NCBI GenBank assembly: GCA_030295235.1
Contig: AP026139.1
Span: 186,001-250,000, forward strand
DNA from: Fistulifera solaris
Lineage: Eukaryota
DNA length: 64,000 nt
Reading direction: 5' to 3'
Shown piece after piece: positions 1-13,800 of this stretch; positions within the stretch are counted from its first letter, which is position 1; the number at the start of each line of letters is the position of its first letter. The position numbers and the translations under genes were made by a program. The notes under the pieces were generated by a model. It did no database searches. It was given only the letters and a program-made list of their open reading frames with translations, and was not told where the DNA came from.

Positions 1-3000
1 GGAAGCCATCGGATGCGACAGGTTCACCCGTTTCAGTGCATAGAGAAGAGCGTGGGCCATGCCATTATCAAGCATCACTCTGATAGTCTCCAAGCTGAGA
101 GAAGCCGAGCCCTCTAAATTTCTTCCATTGCTTCGAGGGGCAGCGAAGCCAAGACACAACTCTCCCCACGCTTGCAACGCGGACAGTTCGCTAGTAGCAC
201 ACGTTGTGCTTCCTAATGTTTTGGTTGGCGGCATCGGACCATGCCCTAGTCGCCCACCGCTGAGGCAAAAGACTAAATCGGCTACTACACGTTTGCGCCC
301 TTCGCCAGGACGTGCCACAAGAGCGGCCAAAACGCGCGAAGCAGTCTGGGAAATCTTAAGCACGCGGAACGCGCGAGCTTTCTTCTCTTTAATTAAGGGT
401 GATTCGACTTTGTCGTCTTTCTTGCGATTCCATAATTCGTGATCATTCCGAATAGCCCATCGGTCTTGAGGCAGCAACTTATGAAGAATGAAAGAGACGA
501 AGGATTTTGATGGGACGAGACAACCATCGAGCGCATGGACGAGCTGGACGGCAATTTTTTTGGAACGGTTTAATTTGTAATTGTAAACAACTGATACGCA
601 TGTAGGAATGGCCAAAATCAAGTCAGCCAGTATTTGCAAAAGATCCGCAGCCCAAAGGAAAGTAGTATTTTCATTTTTTGAAAATAGCGTCGACTCGTCG
701 ACTGCCATTTCTATTACCGAGTCGATAACAAGGCAGACAATGCAAGAAGTAGGCGTGTCTTTTGAAACGTGAACCTGCTTGTGATCCGATTTTTCTTTTT
801 GAGGAGTCTTTTTTGAGACTGAGTTTCGTTTCGATGACTTGGCGGGAAGCATTTTTATTTTCGAGGGCGATGACTCTTTGTTTGAATGGATATCAGTTCC
901 AACGACAAGTTCTTCCTTGTCGGCCTTCTCCGCGGCTGCAAGTGAATCCACTCTGCTTCGTCTGGTCTTTCCCTCTATCATCCTTATTCGCACTGGTCCG
1001 CTTTCTCCTTGCTCATAATCGACCTCTACACAGAGAGCAAGCGCTTTCAAAAATAAATCGGGGTCTCTGTACAATAGCGGAGTAACGGTGTCGAGTAACG
1101 ATCTCAAAGAAAACGATTTCTGCCCTGTATTGCTTTTTCTTGCTCAGTTTCGCGATAGAGGCCCTTATTTCATTTTCCATTGTCATCTGCAAAGAAGTCT
1201 CGTCTTCCATCAATCGACGGAGAACCAACGTGACTAGTCCAGAATTTCCGGTAAAGCGGGCTTCTTGTGGCAAATTTAGGATGGCTTCAACGATTCCACA
1301 CCGAAGAAACTGAGCGGATATGTTAGAGAAATGACAGAGCCGGAGCAATAGGAGTAAGCCTGCTTGTGCTAATCCTGGAGATAGGGCGTTGTCTTGTGGG
1401 AAATCAACGAGAAGCCGTCTACAAATAGCGACGCAGGATTGTAGCAGCGAGCTAGGAAGAAGTGGGAAAAACACGGGAAGGGATGCTAGAGAAACTTTCC
1501 TCGTCGCACTACGTCCTTTATCGGCTTTCTCAGGATCGGCATCGCTCCGCTCATGATTGTTGCTGCTCGATGAATTTTGTGCGTCGCGTGAGCCTTCGTG
1601 TCCATTAATCAAAGAAAAAACAGCATCCGCAGTACATGAAAGTGCCGCGAGTCTGTCCGAATGATCCTTGTAGACACGATGGAAGTCGCTTTCTACTTCT
1701 GCACCGCCATCTTCACTTTGATCTTCAGTCAATACAGCACTTGGCTGTGCCATAATATCAAGTAGCAGCAAAGACGGGGTCATCCACGCGGGACTCGAAC
1801 GTACACTGGGGTCCCTCGATTCAAGATAAACCGATAAGCAAGCAACAAGGTCGGACACAATGTTAAATTTCAGAACTGACAGCCGTGTTCTAGGAAGTGC
1901 GCGGATGAAAAGTACTGTGGCGTGGCACAAAGACGCTACACAGCTTTCGTCATCCTTGTCGATTCTATGCGGACTCATATCAGTTCCTTCTTTCAAACTT
2001 ATCTTTCCACATAAGTCCCCAAAAACAGAATTCAAAACAAGATCACGTTTTTCAGGATACTTGTGACAGAAGTCCAGCAAAAAAGAAGTGACTACAACAG
2101 TAATAGCTTCTCCCTCACCGTCTCCTGTAGCTTTCCCGATGATGTCGACTGAGCTTCTGCTGCCGTGGAGAAGATTACACGCTACTTGAGGAATGTCATC
2201 AACCCACGATGTCAACGAATCGTTTATTCGTTCCCACTCCACATCCTTACAAGGTGGTTTCGATGTCGTTGTCTCTAAATCTAATTTGTCTAGAGACTCA
2301 GGGACGTCATCTTCGCTGGTCCTATCTCCCCGCTCAGCTTCTACCCTATCCGTTCGGTGAGAATCTGGAAGTGCTTGAGCAAGTTCTAATCTCTCGGCAC
2401 GACGTCGTTCGACTGTTCGCGGGCTAGGAGGAAAATTCGACAGCGCATATTCCATCGCTAAGTCGACTCTATTCGACCTGATGCTCTCAATTGCATCGAG
2501 TGCATGATCACGTGTAAAACCCATCTCCATTAAACGATTTATTGCCTCTTCACTCGCCTCAAAAATTTCTTCTTCTTCCGTTGCTGTTACTTCGTCGTTT
2601 CGCATGTGAACGATTTCAGAGCTAACACTTCTGCGGTTGCTGTGGGGTTGGTCCTGCTGATCCACAGGCGCGTTTTTCTTTGCCGCATCCTCAAGGCAGA
2701 TAAGAATATCTCCAACCAATCCCGTTAGGGGATGTGTAATGAATGATGGAGTCTGACATATTCGGTCGTCAAGCCAGCAGCCCTTCACGATAGTCGATAT
2801 GGAAAATTGCAAAAATCTGACCACAGATTCAGGTCGAAAGAAAGGACTTGAAACGCTACCTTCTGGCTGAAATCGATCGAGATCACCGACACGAATAAGT
2901 GTCGCTGCATCTTCCAATTCATACGACTCATGATAGAAGCACCAGGAGATGAAGACACAGGCGTGGATATCAATTTGCGGAGCAAAGTCAGGACAGGGGG

Positions 3001-6000
3001 GAAGCTAGCTGCCACGTTGCGGCTTACCAATCGTTTCTCTCCAGAGGGGTTCTCTTCAATTACTTTGCGCTTGACCGCAAAATCACTGAAACCATGATCA
3101 AAAACGAACCGAATTGCATCGAACATACTTAGTTGGGTATCGTCGTTGGTGGTCGAGCTGTCGCAAGAAGCGATCAGGTTTACAAGCAGTGGGAAATTTA
3201 TTGCCCTCCGCTCTCTTCTGTCCTCAAACAGGCAGGCATAAATGTGGTTGACAATGCAGCTAAAATACATCGCCACCCCACCAGAACTAATTTCCAATGT
3301 ACCGTCTTTATCCCGTACAAAATTTAGAACAGCTGGTAAAGATAGCGCCATGTTTACATTTTCGGCAAGGATCCCTGTCGTCCACGCTATGTGGGCTCCA
3401 ACTGTACCCTCATCAAAAGACACAGCTCTGACTTGCAAGGTTCGTATACCTTGGGTTACCAAGCGTGATAAAGAACTAAAAAGTTCAGCATATCCTGCTT
3501 GGCCTCTGGCAAGCACACCAACAGCCACTGTTTTGAGGTCCGGTACACCAGCTTCAACACGCCGTTGAGGCTCTGTCAAAGCTTTTTCTTTGTCGTCGCA
3601 TTCACCATCGAATGAAGAATCGGAGTCCCAAATGCTCAATACCTCTGCTATGGGCTCACGCCCATGGCCACGGGTCATCTCTGACACCCAACCCCGAATT
3701 GTGCGGTACCTCATAATCCCAGAAGAATTTATACACCGATCATAAGCAACTACAACTTCTCCCATTTCCAAATTACCGACATTCGCACAAGAATCGATCT
3801 CCATGCCGTCCCGTAGAACAGCTCCCTCTGGACAAACTATTCGCAGCTTATACCGCCTTGACTTGACGCGTCGCGTCAAACGTTGCACTTCATTTGTCTC
3901 AAACCATTCTTCGGTCCTGACTCGACACACTTCGAATAATGCCAAGCGGTGAAACTCGGCGAGCCGTGAGAGAACGTTCTCAAAGTAAGAGGATGATATT
4001 TCCTTTTTCCACTCCCTTTCCGACCGACTCCATCCGGTCATATCTTGGCTCCTTTGCGAAGCAGCCTTTATTGCCATTGCAACGATATTTGTAATCCACT
4101 GAATCTGCGCAACGTGGCGTAGATAATTCGAAAGATGTCTTGCTTGATCCAATGGAAGAGGCTCCTTGCCAACCAAATACGGTTCTTGGGGGAATGATTC
4201 AATTGCAGAACACCCAAGATCTGACGAAAGGGTTTGTCGACATCGGTTGAAATCGTCGAGATAAGATTTTGCTACCGCGCCAATCTTTCGAACGAGCTTT
4301 AACGTATCATAGCGGACGTACAGGCTTTTCAAGGTTACTGACAACGCTTCTTCCAGTTTAGAGTGATGCAAAGTTCCTAAAGACGGCGAACTCATACCAG
4401 ATACGTGGGATAACAATTGCAATCCACATGGCATCGACGCCGGAAATATCTTGAGTAATGCATCTAATCCACCGGCTTCGACAAAAGCTTCACAATGATC
4501 TTCGTTGTGTAGAATTTGCTCCAACAACTGCGAAAAATTCATTACATATTGAATAAGACATGTTCGCATTTCTTCTACATTTTTCTCCTCATGACGAAAC
4601 GCATCTTCTAAGACTCTTAGCTCGTCTGCGTACATAACAACTTCATTCATTGCTTCAGTTATCGCCTGCAAAATTTGAGGGCGAAGACGATCTACGTGCC
4701 GCATAACTTCATCGAGGCCGGTTCCAATCACAGCAGTCATTTCATTTAGAAGACACCGACTTCTAGGCATAGCATACGCAGGATGATAAAAAACGCGAAG
4801 CAGCGCTGGAAAAGGGTTTTTGCTCTTCACCGCCTTAGCACCATCTTCTGTTAGTGAAAGCGCCGCAAGGACATTTGGTATTGCCATGATCAGCTCAGAC
4901 ACAGCTGGTATTGATGGGTCACCGCTCTCCGTCGTCCTCACGATCATACTGATGTAAGCATCAGCTAGCCCCGATTTATGAACATGGTTGACACAGTGAG
5001 GGTCACTGTTTAATACTTCTGTGAGCATTGCTGAGACCAAAGCGACAAGATTGCCGCCAAAAACGTCTACATTATCCAGAATAGCAATAAGAGCCTTCTT
5101 CAGAGCAGGTTTCCTTATTTCAGCACCGCCAGGTAGCGTAGTGCCTGACATGGCGGCAGACGTTGATTCTGGCTGAAACACAACGTTAAGGCAAGTCAAC
5201 AAAGTGAACAACAAGACTTGCTGCGAATAGCGAATCCGAATTGGGGTTTCGACTTGAACCATCTCAGCATTTCCATCCGGGTCGACATAAGATATGATTG
5301 GTACACCAATGAACTCAATCTCTCGAGAAAGGACTTTCATCACAACGTCTAGACCACTGAGCTCATGAAATGTCAACAGAGCATTACCATGCGTGACGAA
5401 TGCTCCTTCCAGTAGCTGCACAGCCTGGGAAATGACGTAACGCAGCATACACAAAATGCGGACGTCATTTTCCACACCAAGTTCCTTCAAGGTATGAACT
5501 GGATCCACCGATACCGTCGTAAGCAAGGTTGGAATAATACCACAGTCCACTAGCGCCGTAGTGCCAGCCGGGGTTGCAACTACAGCGGATGTCAAGGTAA
5601 GGATGTTGTCAATCAAGGCTAAGGCCTGCTCTACTTGGACCTTTCGTGGAACACTGCTTGAAGTGAGAGCTGATGCTTCCAGAAACGCCACGCCGATTTC
5701 CAGTGACTCGTTTTCGGGCGGGCTTGTCAGAGGGACATCCGTTGTATGTAGACAGGAGAGCGAATACCGAATCAAAGTCGGTAAAACACCCAGATACTGT
5801 CCCTTCCCAACACCTAACTCAATCAAAACAGATGACAATCGAGTTGTCCCCGTCAACGCACCGTTCGTTAAACCGTCTCTTCGTAAAACGAGAGCGGTCA
5901 GTGCTTCGACTGCCAACAGTCGAACCTTGTAGGGAATCACGTTCTGCAGTAAGTTTTCCACCGTTGGATGGGCGGCAACATGTGCTCCACTCACTGTAGG

Positions 6001-7097
6001 TCGTATTAAGTCGACCACTTCCGCACATAATTCGGGTTGGGCAGAAAAGTAATTCGTAATGGCGTCTTGTGACGGATGCGAGTGCAGCATAATGATCAAC
6101 GCTCGGAGACGACGTTCAACAGCCTTGATTCGACTGTCTCGACAATGAAATGACTTCGCCAAACGAATATCTGAAAGCAGGGCAAATTGACGCTCCTTTG
6201 GAACTTGCGGACACGAAAAGAGGAGTTCCGCGGTGGATTTGACACTGGTGACTTTCCGCCGTTTGTTACTCTCGTCAAACTGTCGATCCACCAATATATC
6301 CTTCCCCGTCAAAATAATTTCCTGCAGATCGGGATCATAATATTTAAAATGCACTTCCCCAGCTTCCGGTGGCAACCTTTCCTGTTCGTCCGTGAGAACC
6401 GTCGTCTCCAAACCGAGTCCCAGCGCTCGTGTACCCCAACCGCGCGCACATGCCACCACCCGATGGAGGGGGAAGTTGATGCAACGACGTGGCGTGCACT
6501 GAAGGTTCCGGTGCTTGCTGTTTGTGCAACGCCGGAGGCAATGCGAGCGCTTGTAAGGCCGCCAATGCCCCATCGACAATGTCTTCCGAAGAGGCCGCCA
6601 ACAACTCCAACAAAATCGAAGTCGATTGATAGACCGATTTACCCGTCGCATTGCGGAGTATCGTTTCCGTAAAAGATAAGAGTACCTGGAGATAAGACAA
6701 GACTTCCTTGGGTACATTCTGAGTATCTTCCACGTTTTTGGCGTATTCACGCTTCGGATCCTCCGACGGAACTAGGAGAATCGATCGACTATGTTTGACC
6801 AGAATTGATTCCAAAGCAGCATCAATCACATTCAATTGATGAATCCAGCAATGTAAATCAATCTATTAAGAATTGAATGAGTACCGAATTCGTTCTCACG
6901 AGGATACCTTTCAAAAAACGTACCTGCTGTTCGAACGATCGCTGATGCACAGGTTGCAATTCATTCACCAATTTTTCCAAGGAACCCTCCGCAAGAGGTA
7001 AGTTGATAGCCTGCAATTCATCAAAGACATTTTGAAAGACATCATCGTCTAGATTTTGAGCCGAATAGCCAGTTCCACTAGCTAAGATAGTAGGCAT
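1..7097 (-). CDS. HUWE1: HUWE1/Tom1/UPL1-type HECT E3 ubiquitin ligase, N-terminal part (ARM-like DUF908/DUF913 region plus UBA); runs off the left edge
   Basis: ATG at 7097. A GT-AG intron at 6863-6923 joins ...SFEQQ to IDLHCWIHQLNVIDAAL, which resembles the HUWE1 N-terminal motif. Fragments 6344-6835, 2785-6750 and 1013-2917 continue the protein (IPNVLAALSL, GTGLDEVMRH, UBA-like EEAINRLMEMGFTRDHALDAI...AMEY). Several 1-nt frameshifts. The HECT domain is not in the window. Confidence 0.85.
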
Positions 7098-7659
7098 TTT
7101 GTAGGAAAAGGCCGCAGCAGGGATGTGTAAAACAGAATGATACCCTTAAGGTTTGTCAAAACGTTTCCGCTTGGTCCGTAAAAGAGAAATAGATGGGTAA
7201 TTAAGCAATTCAAGGATGTAAGCAAATCAACAAATCGTTTTCACACTTCCATCGAATCACATCGATGATAATGAAATAAATAATTTCCATCGTCTACCTG
7301 GTACCTACGAACACCCCCTCCAATCCAAGAAGTCGTTCTTCGTAGGATGCACGTTAAGTTTAGTACCGGCGGAGGTATTGGGAGAGCGAACGACGGCAAG
7401 GCATAGTATCCGTTATTGTCATTCATGCACTGAGAGGCAGGAAGTGAGCGGATGTTTTACGAATACAAACAATAAGTACCGGTACGAGCGAGAAATATGG
7501 CCAAGATTGTCCGCTCACTAATCTCGATCCTTGATGCAGATGCAATGCGGAATGCTGAAGTACTTCAACGATGCTTTATTGTTTATTGATCAATGACATC
7601 CCTTTGAATCCGCATAACATCTATTATTACTTCATAACAACTCGTATAATTACACAACC

Positions 7660-8310
7660 ATGCCCCGACGCGATAAGAAGGAGAAAAGCAACGCCGAAAG
7701 CTTGCAACAACTCGAGAACTCGCTGTCGCAAGCGCAAGCCACCGTCGAACGGAGTCAAGCCAGCATTGCCCGATTGCATTACGAATGGCGATCTCATTTG
7801 CAACGAATCGGTGTCATGATTATATTTATTTCATTCTATCAAATGTACACTCCCGCCAAAACTTGCTACGAGGAATTGAACGAATGGAACGGTTTGTCAA
7901 ACACGCCGATCGCTTTGGTGATTTTGGCCGATTCGGTCGTATTTCTGTTGGGTAGCCTTGTAGCGATCCTGCTGGTTCGATTCACACGGTCACATCATCA
8001 CAATTTGAAGGATCTCAACTATATGCTCGCCAGCGCGATCGTACCCGTCCTACTCGGACTTTGGTTCCTGCAGAAACAACAGCCTACGTATGAAGGCGTC
8101 CCCGATTGCCTCGCTACCAGTCTATTGTATCAGCCAAACGGGACCGCGAAAGGAACCGTCAGACGCAATCTTCCGATTGTATTAGTATTTCATGTCATCG
8201 TGTCGGCGTCTTACTTCTTCATGTCCCATCAGCGTGCCAAGCAATCACGGAATTTGGAAGCGATTGTGCAGCTTCGTCAAGAACTGGAATTGAGTAAGAA
8301 GAAGCGATGA
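7660..8310 (+). CDS. Hypothetical multi-pass membrane protein (216 aa)
   Basis: Clean ATG-to-TGA ORF with about 4 hydrophobic segments and charged, coiled-coil-like termini. Divergent from the E3 ligase gene. Confidence 0.7.
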   Translation: MPRRDKKEKSNAESLQQLENSLSQAQATVERSQASIARLHYEWRSHLQRIGVMIIFISFYQMYTPAKTCYEELNEWNGLSNTPIALVILADSVVFLLGSLVAILLVRFTRSHHHNLKDLNYMLASAIVPVLLGLWFLQKQQPTYEGVPDCLATSLLYQPNGTAKGTVRRNLPIVLVFHVIVSASYFFMSHQRAKQSRNLEAIVQLRQELELSKKKR

Positions 8311-8588
8311 GGGCTGGTGTGAACGACGTGCCTTTGAGTTAAAGCTTAAAGGAAATTGTTACTTGCTGTGTTTGCTTTGAAATTAGCTATGAAAAACTAC
8401 AGGCTAATGTGTGGGTGGAATGTCGCCACAACTGCATTTCAGTCATGAACAACCATTCATACACGGGAAAGGGACGTCTAGCTAGAGGCACTAGGAATGC
8501 ATCATTCATTCAATTCGTGCGTTTTCCTTTCAATGCGATAACGTATTAGCAAACAAGGAGTCTGTGAAGGGTTCACTACTAATTTATT

Positions 8589-9542
8589 CTAAAAGGGAAC
8601 ACCCGCATGCTTCTCAATCACATAAGCACAGTTCTGCGAAACCTTGTCCCAGTTGACCAAATTCCAAAAGTTGGAAACGTATTCCGGTCGACGGTTCTGA
8701 TATTTGAGGTAATAGGCGTGTTCCCACACATCCAAACCGAGAATGGGGAACATGATTTCATCTGCGGCACCCTTCATGAGAGGGTTGTCTTGGTTGGGCG
8801 TTCCTACCAACTTCAGTGCATCACCGGCTTGATTGACGCAGATCCACACCCAACCACTGCCAAACAAGGCACCGGGCGCCGCGCGTGCTTCAAATTGCGC
8901 CTTCATCTCGTCCAAACTACCGAAGGACTTGTTGATCAGAGAGAGCAATTGCTCACTGGGCTTGGTTTTCGCAGCCTGATCAGCCGGAGCCAGTTCCTCC
9001 CAAAAGAAGGCGTGGTTGTAATGACCACCACCGTTGTTGCGTACGGCGGGTCCGGCCGCAATGGCATCCTCCATGAGATCCAAAATGGGTTTGGCCTCTT
9101 TTCCTTCCGTGGCCTTGTTGAGGTTCGCAACGTACGTAGCGTGATGCTTGTCGTGATGAATTTTCATGGTAGGAGCATCAATGTAAGGTTCTAGGGCTTC
9201 AAAGGCGTAGGGCAAATCCGGCAAATCGTACGCACGAGCGGATTGTGCGTTGGCGGCGGTGGCCAATCCAAAGACGGCGGCGGCTCCTTTCTGGAATATT
9301 TCACGACGAGAAGTCGCCGCTGAAGAGGGGATATCTGAGTATTGAAAGGAATGAATGGAGGACGAGCGACTGTGAGTCTCAATGGAGAATGAAGACAGCG
9401 ATTGCAGTTGCAGTGACTCCTCATCGTGACCAAATCGCCACGTCCGCTCTCTCTCGTTTCACGTACCCGATTTCATGCTCATAGACGACCATGCTGCCGC
9501 GGATCCGATGAGAGCCGTCGAAACTGTGAAAGAAAGCTTCAT
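8589..9542 (-). CDS. MnSOD: Mn-type superoxide dismutase, 2 exons (9467-9542, 8589-9334), with plastid/lumen-type presequence
   Basis: Fe/Mn-SOD motifs LPDLPY, HHDKHHATY, NNGGGHYNH, GSGWVW, NQDNP and DVWEHAYY; GGGH and QD are the Mn-type signature residues. Intron 9335-9466 (GTACGT...CTCAG) links an upstream ATG exon in frame. Confidence 0.95.
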
Positions 9543-9920
9543 TTTTATTCAAAACAGACTAATTAAAACTCAAATGCCTATTATTTACGGAGTATGATTC
9601 AGAGTCGAAACGACTGAAAATAGCCATCAAGAAAGATCGCAACCGATCGATAAGGAGATCTCCATCCTTTCTCAAAAAGGAAAAGGGCTACTTCTGTACT
9701 GCCTCCGTCGTCACAGTACTTTCTGGGAGATAGTCAGACCCGTTTCGTTGACAAACGTCACTCATTGGCTGACCGACGTCCGGTCGGCACGCATCATCAC
9801 CACTGCGACAAGTGAAAGCGCACCTTCTCCGAAGTTCCTCGTTTTGATGTGGCGCGAGCAGCTTTTTCTTTTTTCTCTGCCGATATTGAATTCGCTCTTT
9901 TATCCGTTTTCCTACATCTC

Positions 9921-10740
9921 ATGTCTTCAATCTCCAGAAGGATCGACATTCCTCGCATTATGATCCAATGGCAAGGCTTTCCTACTTGGGATCTCGAACA
10001 TGGTATAGTTCGAGCTTGGTGGTTCGATCCGTTCACGGCGACGCTGTCGTTTGCCGTTTTCATCAACTGGTATTGGTTTCATGAGCGACAATTGGGATTG
10101 TCGACGACACGCCAGTTCTCGGATTCACTCCGATTCGAATTGGGACCATTGTGGAGTTCGGGAATTGGCGTATTGGATCGGAATTTTGATATGGAAATGC
10201 TTTGTTCCTTCCGCGGCTTTGGAAGATGGTATTCCGCGCGATGCTCGAGAACTGCTGTATTTACTTTGCGAAATTGGGTCCGGTATTCTTCTGTACGATG
10301 CCATTTTCTTCGGATTGCATTGGGGCATGCACGCCATTCCTTGTTTCCGGAAGTTTCATCATCGTCATCACGCCGAGACACAAATTGAAGCACGCGATGT
10401 ACTGCGGCATTCACTGCTGGATGGAGGTTTACAGGTTCTGGTCAACATTTTGGTGCAAAGGCACACGCCTTGGGGCGTGGCGAAATCTCGATTGGCACGG
10501 TTGGGTCACAACGTGATAGTCGTTTGGATGCTGACCGAGTCGCATACATCTTCGCCGTATCCGTATCTATGGCGTCGATGGTTCGTGGGGGTACGCGAAC
10601 ATGTTCATCACCACACAGCGCAAGGAGATGATGCGAAGACAATGAATGGACGGTGTCATCGTTATCAGCAGTTCTTCGGGTATTTGGATGATCTGCGAAT
10701 ATGGCTAGGTCGGCGAGAGTGCAAGTCGTCAATCAAGTAA
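9921..10740 (+). CDS. Fatty acid hydroxylase / sterol desaturase superfamily membrane enzyme
   Basis: His boxes HWGMH, FHHRHH, ESH and HVHHH plus hydrophobic segments. One frameshift near 10170 joins ORFs 9849-10388 and 10051-10740. Start codon approximate. Confidence 0.75.
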
Positions 10741-10779
10741 AAAGAAAGATGTCATACGATAGTAAATGTACGATTATTC
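10306..10779 (+). repeat. 474-bp direct repeat, copy 1 (copy 2 at 25394-25867)
   Basis: Constant offset of 15088 nt. By eye identical except C10456 vs T25544. Confidence 0.95.
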
Positions 10780-10833
10780 GTTGTAATTTTTAAATGTATA
10801 CGACTGGGATTTACGAGTTGCCAGTCGGTAATT

Positions 10834-13800
10834 TCAAGGCCTGGGGTGTTTAAATATATTGGACGAACTCTTGTCGCCGCTCTTCCGATCAAACACATTC
10901 GGGGCGCCGCGCACAGATTGGCGCCCCAACACGACATTGCTCGAACGCTTATCCGGAGGATCATTCTGGCCCAAACGGATGGCTGAATACTTTCTTTCAC
11001 TGCATTGCCCGCATGACCAGCCACGATTGAGACGAAGTTGCGCAAAGAATGACGAAGTGCAAGTCGTCCGACAGGATCCAATTTTGGTTTTTTTGTGCAA
11101 GAAAAAGCGTTTAATCGTACCATTTCGCGTGCGACAAGCAAACTTAACTGCACAGACCCCGTTATCGTCGATGTCAGGAAATTTTTCGGGAGCTTTGGTT
11201 GGTGGTGACGATGGCTGGTCGGCTGGTTGCTCTGAGGGAGGCTGAGTGTCACCAACACCATCATCATCACCGTTGGAAGAGCCGGTGCATACAAAAATTT
11301 GTACAGTTTGACTCTAATGAACCATTGGCCGGGCCTTCATCGCATTCTTCACCAACGTCAACAATCGAATTTCCACACTCAGAAGCCACGCCATTAGTGT
11401 TACCTATTACCTCAGCGCCGACCTTTTCGTAGACGCCAAAATGACCAGCAAAGACTTTGATCGTATAACTCGTACCACCAGCCAATTGTCCGATCGTGCA
11501 TGAGTTGATTTGGACGTACTTTTTGGCAATCTTGTAGTAGAGGTCTGTGGCACCGGAAGGCTTGATGATGACATATGCAGCTCCTGTGCCTGTTCCCTCA
11601 TCCCCTTCCAACATACGAGATCTGTATGCATTCGTGCCTGGAGCGTCGTTCCACGCCACCGAAAGCGAATTATTCGTACTGGCGGTGATTCGCAGATTTG
11701 TGACAGGCAGCTGTATCACGTACGTAAGTAGGTAAGTTGGCGCAACACCAAAATCAAAAAGGTGAACGTAGTTCTGCTTTTCAATCACACCACCAGCAAA
11801 TATTCCGTCCATGCTGTTTGCCACGCATTTGACTGCGGGATGAGAATGTAATCCACGTCTGTCCGCGTCACTGACAGAAGCAAATAATCTGTTCCCACCA
11901 TCGGATCATCAAAACGTATATAGACCCAATCTTGGAGCAAATCTTGCTCTTCACTTGTGAGATTGTGGTGGACAAGCCGAGCTCTACCAATGACGGATGA
12001 TACCGGGTAGGTCCTTTCCCTTGTATCAGACATGAACACAGTATCCGGGTTATAAAAAGCATCTGCATTCTTGTTCACTAAGAAGTCATCAATGCCATCG
12101 TCAGTGTAGCCCAAGCCACCTGGCATTGCCGGGTGGTTTCCAACTACACGAACAAGATGCGTCAACTTCGTAGACGCTGGCGTTCTCGATCAAGGATAGT
12201 CGGCGTCGTCAATCGGCCCTTGGTACTGAAATAACGCCGAGAAATTAAAGAAACTACCCCTTAATGACGAGACAAGATCCCAGACCCCAACAACATTACT
12301 TTGGGCAGGAATCGTGCCGAAATCTATCTTCAGAGAATTGGACATGGGCTTGTTACCCAACCTGCTCCCAATAATTGTGAAGTCAACAAACAAACCTAAA
12401 AATAACAAGATCAGCGAGGGAAGCAATTGGCTCAAAGAAAACAAAAACGACGCAAACACTGACCCTTCTTATCCTCGATGATTTCCGGCTGGGCGGAAAC
12501 AATTTCAACTTTAAGTGCATCCCCATATCCAGCGGTTTTCTATCAGAAGACCAAGTTGATATGGGATAACAGGCTTCGACAGCAGTTGTGAAAGGATCGT
12601 CCGCATAAACAGGTCTGGAATGAAAGTATGTCAGGTGCAACTGTGGGTCAGGTCGCACCGTGATTGTGTCTGGAGACAAGTTCTGGATGTATTCGACTCC
12701 GTCAATAGAATACAAAAGAATACCACTTATGTCGTACTTGGTATCAAAAATTGGCGGCCTCGGTTAGTGGGAGCATTAGCCATGTTGCCTTGGCATTACT
12801 GTTAGGCTCAATTTTCCCGTGCCGTCGACAGTAGTAACACCGTCGAGTTCTGGCTGCCCTATGACAAAAAGATTGGTCGACTCTACAGTTGCATTTCCAA
12901 AGAGAGTCACTTTCAATGTCGCCGATACGTTGACAAGCCGGGAATGCCCCCCATTCGCTATTTCTAGCCGCTTCAAACCCAGTTCTTGTTAAAGTCAATT
13001 CTTTCTCGATTTGAACCCGAACCGTTGCACAGACTCCAGCCCGCTGTTTGGCTTCCTCAAACTGTTGGGCCTCGACGGCAGTCAGCCAAGCATCACTGAA
13101 TCCACTGAAGCTTTCTTGTTGGATCTTGGAACGTGCTTGGTTAAACTTTTGCATCAGATTTGACGCCGAGGTCAAGTCAAAGAAACCTGAAGTATAGTTC
13201 TGGGAGAGATCTTCTTTGCTGAAAATTTTGTTGTCCCAAAGCACAGAACTTCGGTTCCAGGTATCGGCGAACAGTGTTAAATCCAAATTGTTTGGAACGG
13301 CAATTCCAATAGACTGAAGCAACTCAAGCTCTCTAGACGAAATGGCCTTGCCTCCCTTGCTGTCATCCGCAATCGCATTCACGAGAATGGTCGAAAAGTC
13401 CTTTATCTGCGTCAAATTAGCCAAAGTGCCATCGACCAGGGCAACGGGATCGTCTGAAAGCGTCCCCGAATGGTAACAACGCAAGATCGGCAAAAGTTGC
13501 CAATCGGTCAGCTTGGATCAATAGGTTCTGCAAACCAGGGCTCCTCGCCAGATCATCACTAGTATAACAAGGTTCCTGGTCGAGCTGACATGCAACTACC
13601 TCAGACGCCAAAAGCATGAATCGAAGTGACTCCAAACCACGCCGGAGAGCGCATGGGAAAAAACTCTTGATTCGCCCAGACCCCAAGGCGCTGTCAACGC
13701 CCGTCTGTAGTGCAGACTTCGGTTGCAAGTAAAGTCGCTCGGCATTGTCGAGTGCCTGGAACATGACCTTCAAGTCACTGTCCGAGCATCTTGGGCAACC

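Noticed and set aside
7241..7426. 61-aa ORF upstream of the E3 ligase as an extra exon or uORF
   Set aside because: No recognisable motif and no convincing splice path to the 7097 start.
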